From assembly GCA_965645245.1 (NCBI GenBank), contig OZ287067.1:2790001-2854000 (forward strand): 64,000 bases of DNA, given 5' to 3'. The translations under genes and the position numbers were made by a program. This stretch comes from Massalongia carnosa. Its lineage: Eukaryota. This document shows positions 24,026-36,311 of the stretch, in pieces. The notes below the pieces were generated by a model. That model was not told the DNA's origin and ran no database searches. It worked only from the letters and a program-made list of their open reading frames with translations. The first letter of the stretch is position 1. Each line of letters begins with the position of its first letter.

Positions 24026-25474
24026 TCATGAGGTATCCCTTCCAAACCTCCGATCAAAGAACTTCAGGATCCCCATCACGCTCGCCGCCTCGACTTCAAG
24101 TGACGTCCTCTCAACTCCCCCGGGAACGGTGGTGAGTTTCGGCATCCAAGCTCCTAGCTCATCGCTCGCGCGATCAAACGCCGGGTGTCGGCTTAGAGTG
24201 GCAAAAGTATCCGCGCAGCTGAGTGTGATGCCCGGGACAGCCTCGGACGATAGCGTTGCCGCGGATCCAGTCGATGGGGCAGCAGTCACGCTTTCGTTCC
24301 CATTGAGCATTGAATTCATAGAAAGAGCTTCAGCAGACGGGTTAGACCACATGGCGGCAAGGGATTTGCAAAAGAGAGTGCTGGTGGGGCTCGCAAGGCA
24401 TTGAGCACAGGTCCCGGGACCATTGATACAAGGGTTTTGCTGTAACAGTGAAGGATTTCTGGAGGTGTCAGTAGCAAACGGCACTTGGATTTTCATGTCT
24501 GATTTGAACTCCGTCGACGTAGCCACTTCCGCGGCCATTTCGGCACATATACACACGGTGTCATCTTGACAGAAGCCGCAAGAATCTCTGCAAGCCATTG
24601 CTGAGATGGAGGAGCCAGACTCGGCAGTTGTGAGAGGGAGGGGACGCTTGGTGGCGAACCGGGCGGTAAAATCGATTTCGGTAGCCTCATCCTCGTTCCC
24701 AGCTTCATACGAAGCTTGACGTGAGCGCTTGATATCCGTGGGAGATGAAGGCGACGGTGGACGTTTGCTAGACGGAAGTGTCATGTCCGCAGTGATGTTG
24801 CCCATATCGAACGCTTGCTCAATGCATTCGCAACGGGAGTCCATACTACAGTTTCCGCATCCCATAGGGATTTCTTTATTGCCATCATTCAACATTACGC
24901 CATGTGACGGGCTTCCCTGGCCGAGATTTGAAGAAAGAGACATAACAACCGTTGAGGGCAACCTGATAGCATCGTTGTTACTCCCTCGCCCTTCCCTAAG
25001 CTCATTGACCTCGAACTCTGCATTCAATCGTAACTCCTTTTCTCTCTCCAGACTAGCCTCCAACTCCTGATATTGTTCGCGCCAAGATAAAATCAAGTGA
25101 CTGTATTTTTCCACATCCGCTTCTAGTTGCTGTATACGGCTTCGCAGTTCACTTTGCTCTTTCTCATCTTCTTCTTCCATCTGTTTCATCTGCTCTTCTA
25201 GATCCCCCACCCTGGCGGCCCGTCTCTCTCTGAAAGCTCGTTGCGCAGCCCGGTTTTGTGCTTTGCGCTTGGTGGGAGGCGTGTCGGCGGCGGGCTTCCG
25301 ACCAGGCTTTGGGCGGGGTGGAACAATCCATTCCTTTTTGGTAAAAATCGACGAGGTCTGTAGCGAACTCAATGCTGGTATGAGAGGTTTGTTGATCATG
25401 GAAGACGTTGCGGGAGCCAGAGGATGTGGAGGTGCAACCAGGGAAACTGGCGACGGGGTGTTTGAAAAGGACAT
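24026..25474 (-). CDS. hapX: Iron-regulatory bZIP transcription factor HapX
   Basis: Hap4-like KEWIVPPRPKPGRKP, bZIP KRKAQNRAAQRAFRERR, and Cys-rich regions CGNCSMDSRCEC, CGFCQDDTVCIC, CINGPGTCAQC and LSCAD. Confidence 0.95.
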   Translation of the reverse strand: MSFSNTPSPVSLVAPPHPLAPATSSMINKPLIPALSSLQTSSIFTKKEWIVPPRPKPGRKPAADTPPTKRKAQNRAAQRAFRERRAARVGDLEEQMKQMEEEDEKEQSELRSRIQQLEADVEKYSHLILSWREQYQELEASLEREKELRLNAEFEVNELREGRGSNNDAIRLPSTVVMSLSSNLGQGSPSHGVMLNDGNKEIPMGCGNCSMDSRCECIEQAFDMGNITADMTLPSSKRPPSPSSPTDIKRSRQASYEAGNEDEATEIDFTARFATKRPLPLTTAESGSSISAMACRDSCGFCQDDTVCICAEMAAEVATSTEFKSDMKIQVPFATDTSRNPSLLQQNPCINGPGTCAQCLASPTSTLFCKSLAAMWSNPSAEALSMNSMLNGNESVTAAPSTGSAATLSSEAVPGITLSCADTFATLSRHPAFDRASDELGAWMPKLTTVPGGVERTSLEVEAASVMGILKFFDRRFGRDTS

Positions 25475-25593
25475 AATGGATATTATGGTTATAAGGTTTT
25501 GAAACTGAATTTCTGAGTTCCAAATAGCATCTCAAATCCAAAGTTCAGTCCGAAGAAGATGATGAAGTGGGGGAGGGATTGGACTATGAAAGG

Positions 25594-25602
25594 ATCTGAT
25601 AA
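25594..25602 (+). promoter_or_regulatory. SreA-type GATA element ATCTGATAA upstream of hapX (CCAAT on the minus strand at 25578-25582)
   Basis: Exact match to ATCWGATAA, 120 bp upstream of the hapX ATG. Confidence 0.65.
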
Positions 25603-26148
25603 GCGAATGTGGTTAGAGCTAGCTAACTAACGTTAAACCTTATTTCCCTAATTGCGGTAGCTAAGTACTAGTAGTCGCGCTAGACCACTTCGGAACGGAA
25701 AGACATTTAGGCGAAAGGTATCTCACGTGCTGAATAGCCCTAAGCCTGATCTCAGGGTATTACGGGTATCATCCTGAAGTTGCCAAACGATAAAAATGCA
25801 TAGTAAAAAAAAACCTCTTTATCTTCAGTGTGCCAATTTCTGTATTTATAATCAACTTTCTACCAGATGCATTTTATCTACTATATAAACCTCTTGCAAC
25901 CCCTATTTCGAAAGCTAGACTAATTCGTTCTCTCTTACGCTAGGTTTATTCGGGAATATCTAAATTTCTCCGTTCGTTTCCATTCCACCATGAGAGCAAA
26001 GAATTTTAGGGGTAAGTTTGCTGGTGTAGTAATGCACACATTTCCAACAACAAGCCTTGGAAATAAAATACGAGACTCTACCTATATATTGTGTAACCCT
26101 AGAAGAGCTTCCGATAGAGCGGACACGAAGCTGGGATGCCAGACTCCT

Positions 26149-28337
26149 TCATCGTTGCCGTAACTCCATAACTTCCTTAATTCTAGCAGAACCTCTGGTC
26201 TTGAACTTCCGTGTCTCCTTCGGCACTGAACCGCTAACAACCCGATTCGTAGTATCCCACCACCACCACCCTCTCGCCATGGTCCTCGCCGAGGATTCAT
26301 TTTTGGCTTCAAAGCCCACCTTTTCCTCTAGCTCGAACATTGTCCACCGATGGCGACAATCCCTTCGTCGTAGGGATAAAAACAGCAGCCCCACGGTCGC
26401 CAGCAAGACCGCGACGCCGCCAACCACGGCTTCGGCGATTATGCTTAGCCGGATGTGGTGTTTGGCGCCGTCTTCAGCCATGGACGAGAATGGGGAGGAA
26501 GCTGCGGTTGCATTTTGTGGAAGAGAAGTGACTATGCTTAGAAGTTGCGTTTAGACTTCAGTATTTTGGTTAAGTGGTTGATTACCGGGAGGAGCGGAGA
26601 AAATGTACCGTTATTGACCATCAGATCTCTTAACTCGGGGGAGTTCCAGGAGCTGGGAAATGGGCCACTGCAAAACATACACTATTAGGATTTTCTCTTT
26701 TACATTTCTCGCTTTGCAAAGCGTAGAAAATACTTCCTCATAATGTAAAGCTCCTGAATCCCGTCTGCCCTCTCATATGGCGCAGCATTTGCATCATATC
26801 CAGCTGCCCACCTCCATTCACTGAGGTCGAATAACGCTAGTCCCTGAGGGGAGTGCGCATCGATAGTGGCCCAACTATCCACCAGGGACGCATTGAGGCC
26901 GCCGATGCTGAGCATTTGACGGTTACCAACTAGGTGGCAGGTATGACCGTAGCGACCACTGCTATAACTAGCATCGACGTGGAACCATTCGAAAGCTAGG
27001 AGTGTGAGGACTGAGGGAGAGGACTGATGATTAGTAACATATTACCGAAAAAAGAGGAAATGGAGGGCAAACCCCAAAGTTCATCGTATTGTGCTGCGTT
27101 AGAGCCGGTGGTGCCATTGTAGCCAGCGTAGAGAAAACTGATAGGGATTTTGTAAGCGGTTTTTTTTAGATCAGGATTTTACGTTGCAATTTGGAGTCGA
27201 TGTAGGGGAAGAGAAAGGCGAACCTACATTTCATACGAACCGGTGTAGCTATTCGGCAACGTCCTACGATCGTGCACCCCCACGGTGCAAAATCGGCTCC
27301 TGGCCGAAGGGATCGAAGACCCCGCTGCAGTTTGCTGATACCAGAACTTCGAGCCTGGATCGTACAGCGTGATCTGGTCCATCGGAGTTCCTTCCTCCCC
27401 AGGTATATAAGTTGTTGGATTCGACGTCTCGCCCCCAAACATCACAATCAGTCCATTTGGGCCAAAGGGAGCCCACTCCATTTCTCCCCATTGAAACAGT
27501 CCATTTTGCGGGATCTACGGCGGGTCCGTAGTATTCTTCCAGCTCCCGTCGCGGAAAGTATATGTTATGAGCCTAGGAGTCGGCACAAGGCTTTCGGCAT
27601 CCCTTGCGGAAAGACGTGACCGAGAGCTGGAATAGCCACCGAGATAGAAAGCTGGTTCACTTCTTGTGGCCGAAGCACCGCTAAAAGGGCTTATGATACT
27701 CTGAGAGAATGGCACGTCTTCAACGCTGCTATTCTGGTACCATGTTCCCCCAACTTTAGTGTCGAGATTGAGTCTCCAGGTCGACAATTCAGGCCGCGTT
27801 TCTTGGCTGAGCGATGATAAATCACCACCAAATGTAAAAATGCGGTTCGAAGGCTCGTCATACCAAAGTGAATGGAAGTTATAGACCGGTTGAAGCGGTT
27901 TGGTGATTATGTTAAATGTAACATCCAAAGAGTTCCAGCTTTGGTACAAGGGCAAAACAAGGGTACAATTCGCTGAGAATAATGCTAGTATTAACGCCTT
28001 TCGAGACAAAGCACGGAAACGACAGGAATGGTTTTCCGGGGAGAGCGTTATAAATGGATGCTAAATGAAATGCTTGATTCTTCCCTATCGTAATTCTAAA
28101 AAATTTACTGGCTAAATGGAAGCTTGGCAGGATCGCTGTCACGCTCGTATCTAACGGCGCCGCTCCAGACGTAACTTCTCCACCATCAATATAAATATAG
28201 TCGCCAGTGACAACAGCTAGAATAACTCAGCTTATTTTCTTGTCGTCAATGAGACAATATAGACTTACAGCTCTAATCCAATGCTCAGAGAACGCTGGCG
28301 CAAAGAGCGACTTCAGTGACGAACCTGATGTAGACAT
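26149..28337 (-). pseudogene. Kelch-repeat single-pass membrane protein pseudogene
   Basis: YIYIDGGE, FYLGG, LIVMFGG, RSRFCTVG, RYGHTCHLVGNRQMLSIGG and a TM segment AVVGGVAVLL. In-frame stops: TAG at 27515-27517 and TAA at 26551-26553. Confidence 0.75.
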
Positions 28338-29182
28338 CCTGATGTCCTGCTGCGCCAATTGGCTACATAATCCCTTAACAAAAATTACTGCATATTGCTC
28401 TGCTTGAAGAGAAAGAGAGTTGAAAAGGAAAGTAAATACTGACAGATGAGAGAAGTTATAGGCGAAAATCGAATGGAACATATGTCTCGTCGCAACCATG
28501 AGCCACCTTGGAAATGTACCCTCATTGGGGCCAGGGGCACTTCAACAAGAGCCCAGACCCGGTTTTATTTAACGGGACCCTGAATCTTGACAAGCTTGTA
28601 CGAGGTTATTTTCAGGTGGCCCTTTTATCTGAAAGAAAATTGAGCACCAGTGCAGCAAGCAGACACATGAAACAACCTACGGAGTACACAAAGCACTGAA
28701 GATAGAGATACAGGGCGGCTTGGATCCCAGGTCAAGATCTGGGTGTCCCTCGTCAATGCCGCTGACACGACTTGTTTCATATTCCACCCACTGTCCACCA
28801 GGCTTAAAAATAGATTCCCGTCGAATAGCCAGGATTTTCTTAATTTACACCAAATAGCGATACCTCTTTTGTTCAGATTAGAATTAGAAAAATGTGGGAA
28901 AAGAAAAAAAATCAGAAACTTGTAGTTGGCTAACATAAACGTCTTGTCATAAGAGCCCAAGAACTCCGATTTTTTTGAGCCGAAAAAACGTACCTTAAGT
29001 ATTGTCGAGCAATTTTGATTAATTGTCCAGAAGGCAAGTAACCTAAGCCCCTTATTCGTATACCCCTGAGCTCCAACAAATCCGAATAAAGTCGAATAGT
29101 ACATTTATCAGCCTAGTTGTCGCATAGCGGCGCTGATAGTATATGATGCTCTATTTAAAGTAATTCCTGCTATGCTGAATTG

Positions 29183-30720
29183 CTACTGTCCCCTTTGTCT
29201 CAAACTTCGTCTCTCCAATTTCGCGCTTAACTCCTTATCGGCTTTCAATTTCTCTTCAGCGATTTCACGCTTGCGTTTCTCGTCGTAAGCTTTGGCACGT
29301 TTCAGTTCGCCAGCCGTCCGCCGTTGCGCTCCGCGATTGGTTTTCTGGGCGTCTTTTACACCTCGCGCAGTCTTCATCCCTTGAGAGACGGCGCCTTTTA
29401 TGTCGTGGATGGCTCCCCCTATTATTCCTTTGGGAGCAGGGGGAGGCGATGATGGGGTTAAAGGAGCCTTGTATGTAGTTATAGTTCCGCTATATGATGA
29501 GGAGGTAGGAGCTTTGGGCTTCAAAAGTGGTTGAATTTTGAGAAAAGTACGCATCCAAGGCTGACGCAATAAGTACGCTTGAGAAAGCGACAGCATCGAT
29601 GTGAATGCAAATGTTAATTGCAGCGACCCTGGCCAATATACCATGAATACGCTGGTCATGATTGGAAGCCCATAAATGAATGTGGTCTTCCATCCATCAG
29701 TCATCATAGGACTCGCACCGAGTTCTCCCCCTTTCTACGTGGTGACTGATGTCAGCGAAAACCAATTCTCTCCCATATTCCGCGCACCCACCTTAAAGGT
29801 CACATGAAAAGCCAGGCCTGTCACTACAGGGAGAATAAAATATGGGTCCGATAGTGTTAAGTCTTGCAACCATAATAGGCCTCCATTCTCCAATCCTGGT
29901 ACAGGTAGATCTGACATGCCACGTAAAAGTCTGAAGGTACCAAAGCCAAGAGGGATCTGTAGCAGTGGAACGAAAACTTTCCAAATGTGGACGTCGGCCG
30001 ATCGGTAAAGAGCGCGAAGTTCTTCAGCCAGACGACGCATTTCGTCCACGTCCTTAACATGCCTAGCCGCATCAAGGCGATCTTTGATAGGTTTAATGTC
30101 CGGGTTGATTAATACCATGCGCGCCGAAGTATCCGAGGCAGTGATATATGATCTCAAAAGAGCGAGACGGACAAACAACGCTGTCAAGAGAATGGAACCC
30201 CACCATGGCGTGCCCGTATATACATGTACATGTTCAAGCAGGGTTTGCACGAAGGCTGTCGGACCCCAGCCGTAGTCTAGCCCCAACTCTTTAAGGTAAC
30301 CAATGTGTTCAGATATATGAGGATATTCGGCTGTTGTAACACTATCGAGTGGAGACGAGATGAATTCGTCGAGCGGGGCCTGAATATGTTCGGGAATAAA
30401 ACCAGGGGTAAGCTCAGTTTGCGTTGAAGTAGCAAGGTTTGTCGAAGCAAAGCGGTTCCATTGAACGGGCACTACAGGCGTAAAACAGAAAGGCAATGTA
30501 TGCCTGATAGGAGATTGTATGGATCGAAATGGTTTGGGAGCTTGTAATTGTAGAAGATCTCGCCGAATTGAGCTCGAAAACTAAAGGGGTTTTAGCAATG
30601 AGTGAGCGATAGAGGATCAAAAACAGGTACTTGTCTGCATATTCTGGATGCATCTCGCACTCGCCGCCTTTCGTGGTTTTGAATAGTAACGGACCACCGC
30701 AAGGGTTTGGTAAGAAGCAT
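29183..30720 (-). CDS. OXA1: Mitochondrial inner-membrane insertase Oxa1, 3 exons
   Basis: IGYLKELGLDYGWGPT, HVYTGTPWWGSI, LPVPGLENGGLLWLQDLTLSDPYFILP and a basic C-terminal tail. Confidence 0.93.
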
Positions 30721-31118
30721 TGTGAGTAGAGAAGATTCTGACAAGACTACCTAAGTGTTTTCTCTCTCCTAGTAAATTTCAGCCGCGGCATGTTTGGCGC
30801 GTGAAATATCTACTTTAACGTTACCGAAAACACAACCTGTACAAGGACAAACACCTATATCAATCCATGTATTTATCTACCTATCCTTATCTTTTTACCT
30901 CTAGCTCTATGTTCTACTTACTATCCCTAATCCTACCCTCTCATGTGAACCGGCACGGATGGTTATCAAACCCAGACTGAACTGCTTAATGTTGGGGCAG
31001 AAAGAAAATCCAACTTTCAGCTATCCACAAGTGTTAAAACCAACCTGAAGTACCGCCCATCAGGTACAGATTACCATATAAAGCATAATACGTCCACAAG
31101 TCTAATAGGGTCGTTCCG

Positions 31119-31659
31119 TCACTCGAGCGCCGTCATTGCTTCGAATTCCTGATCCTGCCGCCTGCGTGCGCCAGGGTCTTCTTGTACCTCTATGCCTGGA
31201 CCAACTGTCCTTGCGGTTCGTCCGCTTGGGAATATCTTTGCAAAGATTGTAGTTTTCATTAGCTTATAAACTATATCTTAATCGAAATTTCAGTTCATGA
31301 TTGAACGGGTCAACAGCAAGTAATTGAGCACTGCAATGAGGATTTTTAAACCCTCACAAGCAAAGCAAACCTACCTTTGTACCTGACCAGCCTAACCTGA
31401 AAGCTGCTTCATGGGCAAGCAATTCCCCGAACCCTAGCATCAAGCCATTGATAAATGGTAGGAGCAGATTGATGGCTGCTCCCCGTAAGAGTCCCCAGAG
31501 CGTCGGAGGAGAGTAAAGGATCAACGGAGAGCTAGAGGAGGATGGCAGTGAGGGTGATGGTGATCGATCATTGTTTGTCGAGTAATTCTCGCTGTCCGAA
31601 GGAATGGTGATGCCTGATGCAGCAAGATCTTGATGAATTTCCGTCGACTCGGAGGCCAT
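31119..31659 (-). CDS. MIM1: Mitochondrial outer-membrane import protein Mim1/Tom13, 2 exons
   Basis: LRGAAINLLLPFINGLMLGFGELLAHE.AFRLGWSGTK splices to IFP. Confidence 0.92.
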
Positions 31660-31973
31660 GATGAGTGCGTGTGCGCAGTCTCGAGTTGCTACCAGTATTG
31701 CCGTCCCATTCTTGGGCCTCCTGATAAATATGAGTAAAGTCGAGATCAGGTATCAAGAACATAGGTCATGTATGAGCGCAGTCAATTAAATAAATGTAGC
31801 GAAGCTTCTGAACGCCAGAAAGCATAGACTTGCCTAAAAGTAGCTTCACTACCCCTGCCCGCAACTTTATCTAGTTAATCTAATCTGATGAGAAACACGG
31901 TTACAACAGTAGACTCTAAATCTCATTATCTCCATATTGCCGAGAGATTTTGAAAGCCTTCGCTCAACCAGTC

Positions 31974-33344
31974 ATGGCCGAAGAGCAGATTGATCATGAT
32001 GCGCTCATAAGCCAGTTATCATCTTTGACAGGGCTTAGCCCATCAGAAGTATGTACTCTGTAGGCCATTGCATAGATAGAATTCTAGCCGAGTTGGTAGC
32101 CTTTTTGCTGACAAAAATCGAAGGCTCGCGATCATCTTGTTATAAACCAATGGAACCTCTCAAGTGCGGCCACCGAATGGTTCACATCCCTTGAAGAAGC
32201 TGCAGCTCAACCTTCCCCTCATGACCAGCATATAGAATCTTATTCAGACCAACATCAAGCTCCCGCACTCCTCGACTCCACACCTAGACCTATACCAACA
32301 TCATCAAGTATGCCTCCACCACCATCCGCCTCGCAAGAAGCTTCGAAAAAGAAAAGGTTTGCTACGCTGGGGGACCTCGGTGGAGGTGGAGGTTCCGCCC
32401 ATGCTGGCCATGGCCATGATGATGATGACAACGATGAAGATTTCGATCCAGATCAGGATTTATTCGCCGGGGGGGAGAAGTCTGGTCTTGCCGTTCATAA
32501 TCCTGACGATCTGAAGAAAAAGATTATCGAAAAGGCGAAGAAGTAGGTTATAGCGCAGTGAAGGTAACCAGGTCAAATTTACTAATGACCATGCAGAAAT
32601 GCGCGTCGGCCTGGAGGAGATGATCCAAGGGGACCGGCGTCCCGATTCACTGGAACTGCGCACACATTAGGCGGCGACGATACTCCCAGCCAAATCGTTG
32701 AAGATCCTAATGCATCCAAACCCCGTGAAAAGCCTCTTATCAAACGAATTTTACATTTTTGGGAGGACGGGTTCTCTGTTGATGATGGCCCACTTTATCG
32801 TTCCGATGATCCTGCTAATGCAGATACCCTTCGCATGATACGGTCAGGCAGCGCACCGTTAGCAATCATGAACGTGGAGAGGAGCCAAGAAGTAGACGTT
32901 GAGCTTCAACAACATCCTGGAAAATACGAGAAGCCAAAGACGAAGTACACGCCATTCTCTGGCGGAGGCCAGCGTCTTGGAAGCCCCACGCCTGCTCCAG
33001 GGCCTAATATAGAGGAGTCAAGACCGACACCTGCTGCAACCAACACCAACTCCGCTACCCAGGGCGACTCTACTGTTGCAACAGTCGATGTCAATGACTC
33101 AGAGCCTATCATCTCTCTACAGATTCGACTCGGCGATGGTACAAGATTAATGTCTCGATTTAATATCACCCATACTGTTGGGGATGTCTATTCGTTTGTG
33201 ACTGCATCAAGCCCCTCCAGCCAAGGACGAGAGTGGGTACTAATGACCACATTCCCTAGTAAGGAATTAAAGGATAAGGCGCAAGTGCTTGGAGATCTAG
33301 CAGAGTTCAAAAGGGGCGGGGTAGTGGTTCAGAAATGGCAATAA
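31974..33344 (+). CDS. SHP1: p47/Shp1 Cdc48 cofactor (UBA-SEP-UBX), 3 exons
   Basis: FAGGEKSGLAV, LHFWEDGFSVDDGPL, PFSGGGQRLGSP, LQIRLGDGTRL and TTFPSKEL. Confidence 0.93.
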
Positions 33345-33749
33345 TTCAGAATGGAGGTAGGAGGCTCTGTATTTCATGCTAATGGCGTTCAATCAGCTAG
33401 AAATAGACCATGTGTTCATGATTAAATCCATCAGCCTATAATTCTTCCACAGGAACCGAGCATCGAAGCGCTGGTTGGTATGAACCTAGCTAGCTTCACT
33501 GCGCGCCGACCCGCATGGCCCCGCATGGTCCCCTTACACGGTGACGTAATTAGTTAACATTAGTAAGCTCGAAATGCCGACGTTTATTCCTCGGCTAAGA
33601 ACGGCACAAAGTTTCGCGAGTTACTGAAACTTGCCCATAGGCGCTTAAAAAACCAAGGAGAACTTATGATCTACTAGGCAGGGAGTATAAGAGGTAAGAA
33701 ACCTGGCCACTGTGATTGTAGCCCATTAGGGACTCCCCAGTTCAACACG

Positions 33750-35604
33750 ATGGGGGAAGTTGATAGAGCGAGCCCGGAAGCCCCGAGTCACCGCTTCGAC
33801 AGTATTTTGGTGCTCGATTTCGGATCGCAAACCTCACAACTGATAACGCGACGGCTTCGAGAGCTAAATGTTTACTCTGAGCTCCTTCCCTGCACGCAAA
33901 AGCTCTCGGAACTGGCCTGGAGACCGACCGGAGTCATTCTATCTGGAGGGCCTTATTCTGTTTATGAGGACGATGCGCCCCATGTCGATCCGGCCGTGTT
34001 CGAGCTAGGTGTTCCAATACTAGGGATATGCTATGGGCTTCAAGAAATGGCTTGGCAGCACGGCAAAGCTGTTCTGGCTGGCGAAAAGCGCGAATATGGT
34101 CATTCCGCACTCAGTATACAGCGGCATTCTAGCGCTGCGGCGCATGTTGACCAGCTCTTCAGGGGTCTCAATGATGACCTAGAGGTATGGATGTCTCACG
34201 GCGACAAACTTTCGAGGCTTCCTCCGGGGTATTTGACGATTGCCACAACCGTAAATGCCCCCTTCGCAGGCGTTGCGCACGACATGAAACCCTATTTTGG
34301 CATTCAATTCCATCCCGAAGTGACGCACACGCCGCGCGGAATCGAGCTTCTTAAAAACTTCGCAGTGACAATCTGCAAGGCACGGCAAACTTGGACGATG
34401 GACGCATTCGTCGATACTGAGGTCGAGAGGATCAGGGCCTTGGTGGGGGAGAAGGGTCAGGTTATAGGAGCTGTGAGCGGCGGTGTGGATTCCACAGTAG
34501 CATCAAAACTAATGCAGCTGGCAATTGGTGATCGTTTTCACGCGGTTCTCGTGGATAATGGTCTCCTGCGGTTGAATGAAGCGCGGGACGTCAAGAAGAC
34601 GTTAGATAATTACCTGGGCATTGATCTTACCGTCGTAGACGCCGGCGATCGGTTTCATGAAGGGTTGAAAGGCATCGTTGACGATCCTGAGAAAAAGCGC
34701 GTAGTAATTGGTCACTTGTTCGTTGATGTGTTTGTGGAAGAGGCCAAGAAGATCGAAGCCGCAGCGGCCAGATCTCCAAAAGCCGGCAACATCGAATGGC
34801 TTCTACAAGGAACGCTGTACCCAGATGTTATCGAGTCAATATCCTTCAAGGTCTGTAGCATTTATCCTGCACATTCAACCCCTTGGAAATTACTGACTTC
34901 CAACTATACGCTAAAAGGGCCCCAGCGCTACAATTAAAACCCACCACAACGTCGGCGGCCTCAGCAAAACACTTTCGCTAAAACTGATCGAGCCGCTTCG
35001 GGAACTCTTCAAAGACGAAGTCCGCGAGCTAGGAACCAGTCTTGGCTTGCCCGAAGAGCTGGTCTGGCGCCAACCCTTTCCGGGGCCCGGCTTGGGCGTT
35101 CGCATCGTTGGCATCGAGGTCAACAAAGCCACGTGTCGCATTGTGCAAGAAGCGGATGCCATTTTTATCGAGGAGATACGGAATGCCGGGCTTTATCAAA
35201 GCGTTAGCCAGGCGTATGCAGCGCTTTTGGGGGTGCCCGTTGTGGGGGTGGCGGGGGATAAGAGGGTCCATACATGTCCTGTGGTGTTGCGAGCTGTCAC
35301 CACGAACGGTGGGTTGAACCCATTACAATTTTATTTTGATTCCTGCGCATATTTTCGATAGGCCAGCTTTACTAATAGGAGCCGCGAAACAGACTATATG
35401 ACGGCCGATTGGTTCTCCTTTGACAGCGCCTTTTTCAAAAAAGTCAGCACGAGAATCACCAACGAGGTGAAGGGTGTCTGCAGAGTTTTCTACGATAGTA
35501 AGTTTTTTCGCGTCCCAGATTTCAGTTTCTCGTAGTGGTGTAGAATGTCTCTGACTTGGGAGCTAGTTACCAGCAAACCGCCCGGTACAATCGAGATGGA
35601 GTAA
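33750..35604 (+). CDS. GUA1: GMP synthase (glutamine-hydrolysing), 4 exons
   Basis: [51 protein letters not shown] and a terminal [11 protein letters not shown]. Confidence 0.97.
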
Positions 35605-36311
35605 AGCCGTTGCAACTTTCCCACCTTGGCTTCTCCGGTAGATTTTCGGTGAGCAACGTTAGCATATCCAGTTAATTGCAACGACCGCTTCATAAACGCC
35701 AAGGAACTCCAATCACTCTCGAAATCTTCTCCACCCGAACGAACAACTAAGTCAGTCAGCCAAATACCTTTCCCCTATTCGAACCCTGCCTCATAAGTCC
35801 TCGGATTCCCCATCATCCTTCGAGATCCTCCGCTTACCCACAATCTTAGGTTCTCTCATCACTTGTCTATACATCCATCTCTCCCCAACTCCCCAGCTCC
35901 CATCAACAAACAACGATTTAGCTCTTCGCGCCTCCTTCCTTTCCTGCCCATCATCGACCTTAAGCAACCAGCCAATCAAACCCAACCCCTATCCTAGCAC
36001 CCGTAGATTTCCACATCATGCCTAGCCCTTCTCCACTTCCCAAAACCGCCTATCAGACAGATCTTTCAATTTAGAAAGCAAAACCATGAAACATCACCCC
36101 TGGGTTCTCCTCCTTTCCTCCCCTTCCTTCCCTATTTCTCATTCCAAGAACCTCTCCCACCTCAAAGCCTATTCGTCCTCATCAACCACCCCCCCATCCC
36201 CCCCACATTACCTTAAGTTGTCCTTGCCCCGTATTTAATTCGCTTTCCAGCTCCAACCAAACCTTTCTCTATACCTACACTTATCTTAGGATAGAGAAGT
36301 CATGGCTAGTA

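Noticed and set aside
27515..27517. In-frame TAG as a target for A-to-I editing (UAG to UGG stop correction known from Sordariomycete sexual development); same idea for 42771
   Set aside because: Both genes carry further lesions (a TAA in the kelch gene, a frameshift in the other), so plain pseudogenisation is more parsimonious.
35791..36230. Purine-rich minus-strand fragment next to the Tc1 element
   Set aside because: Multiple stops and no recognisable domain.
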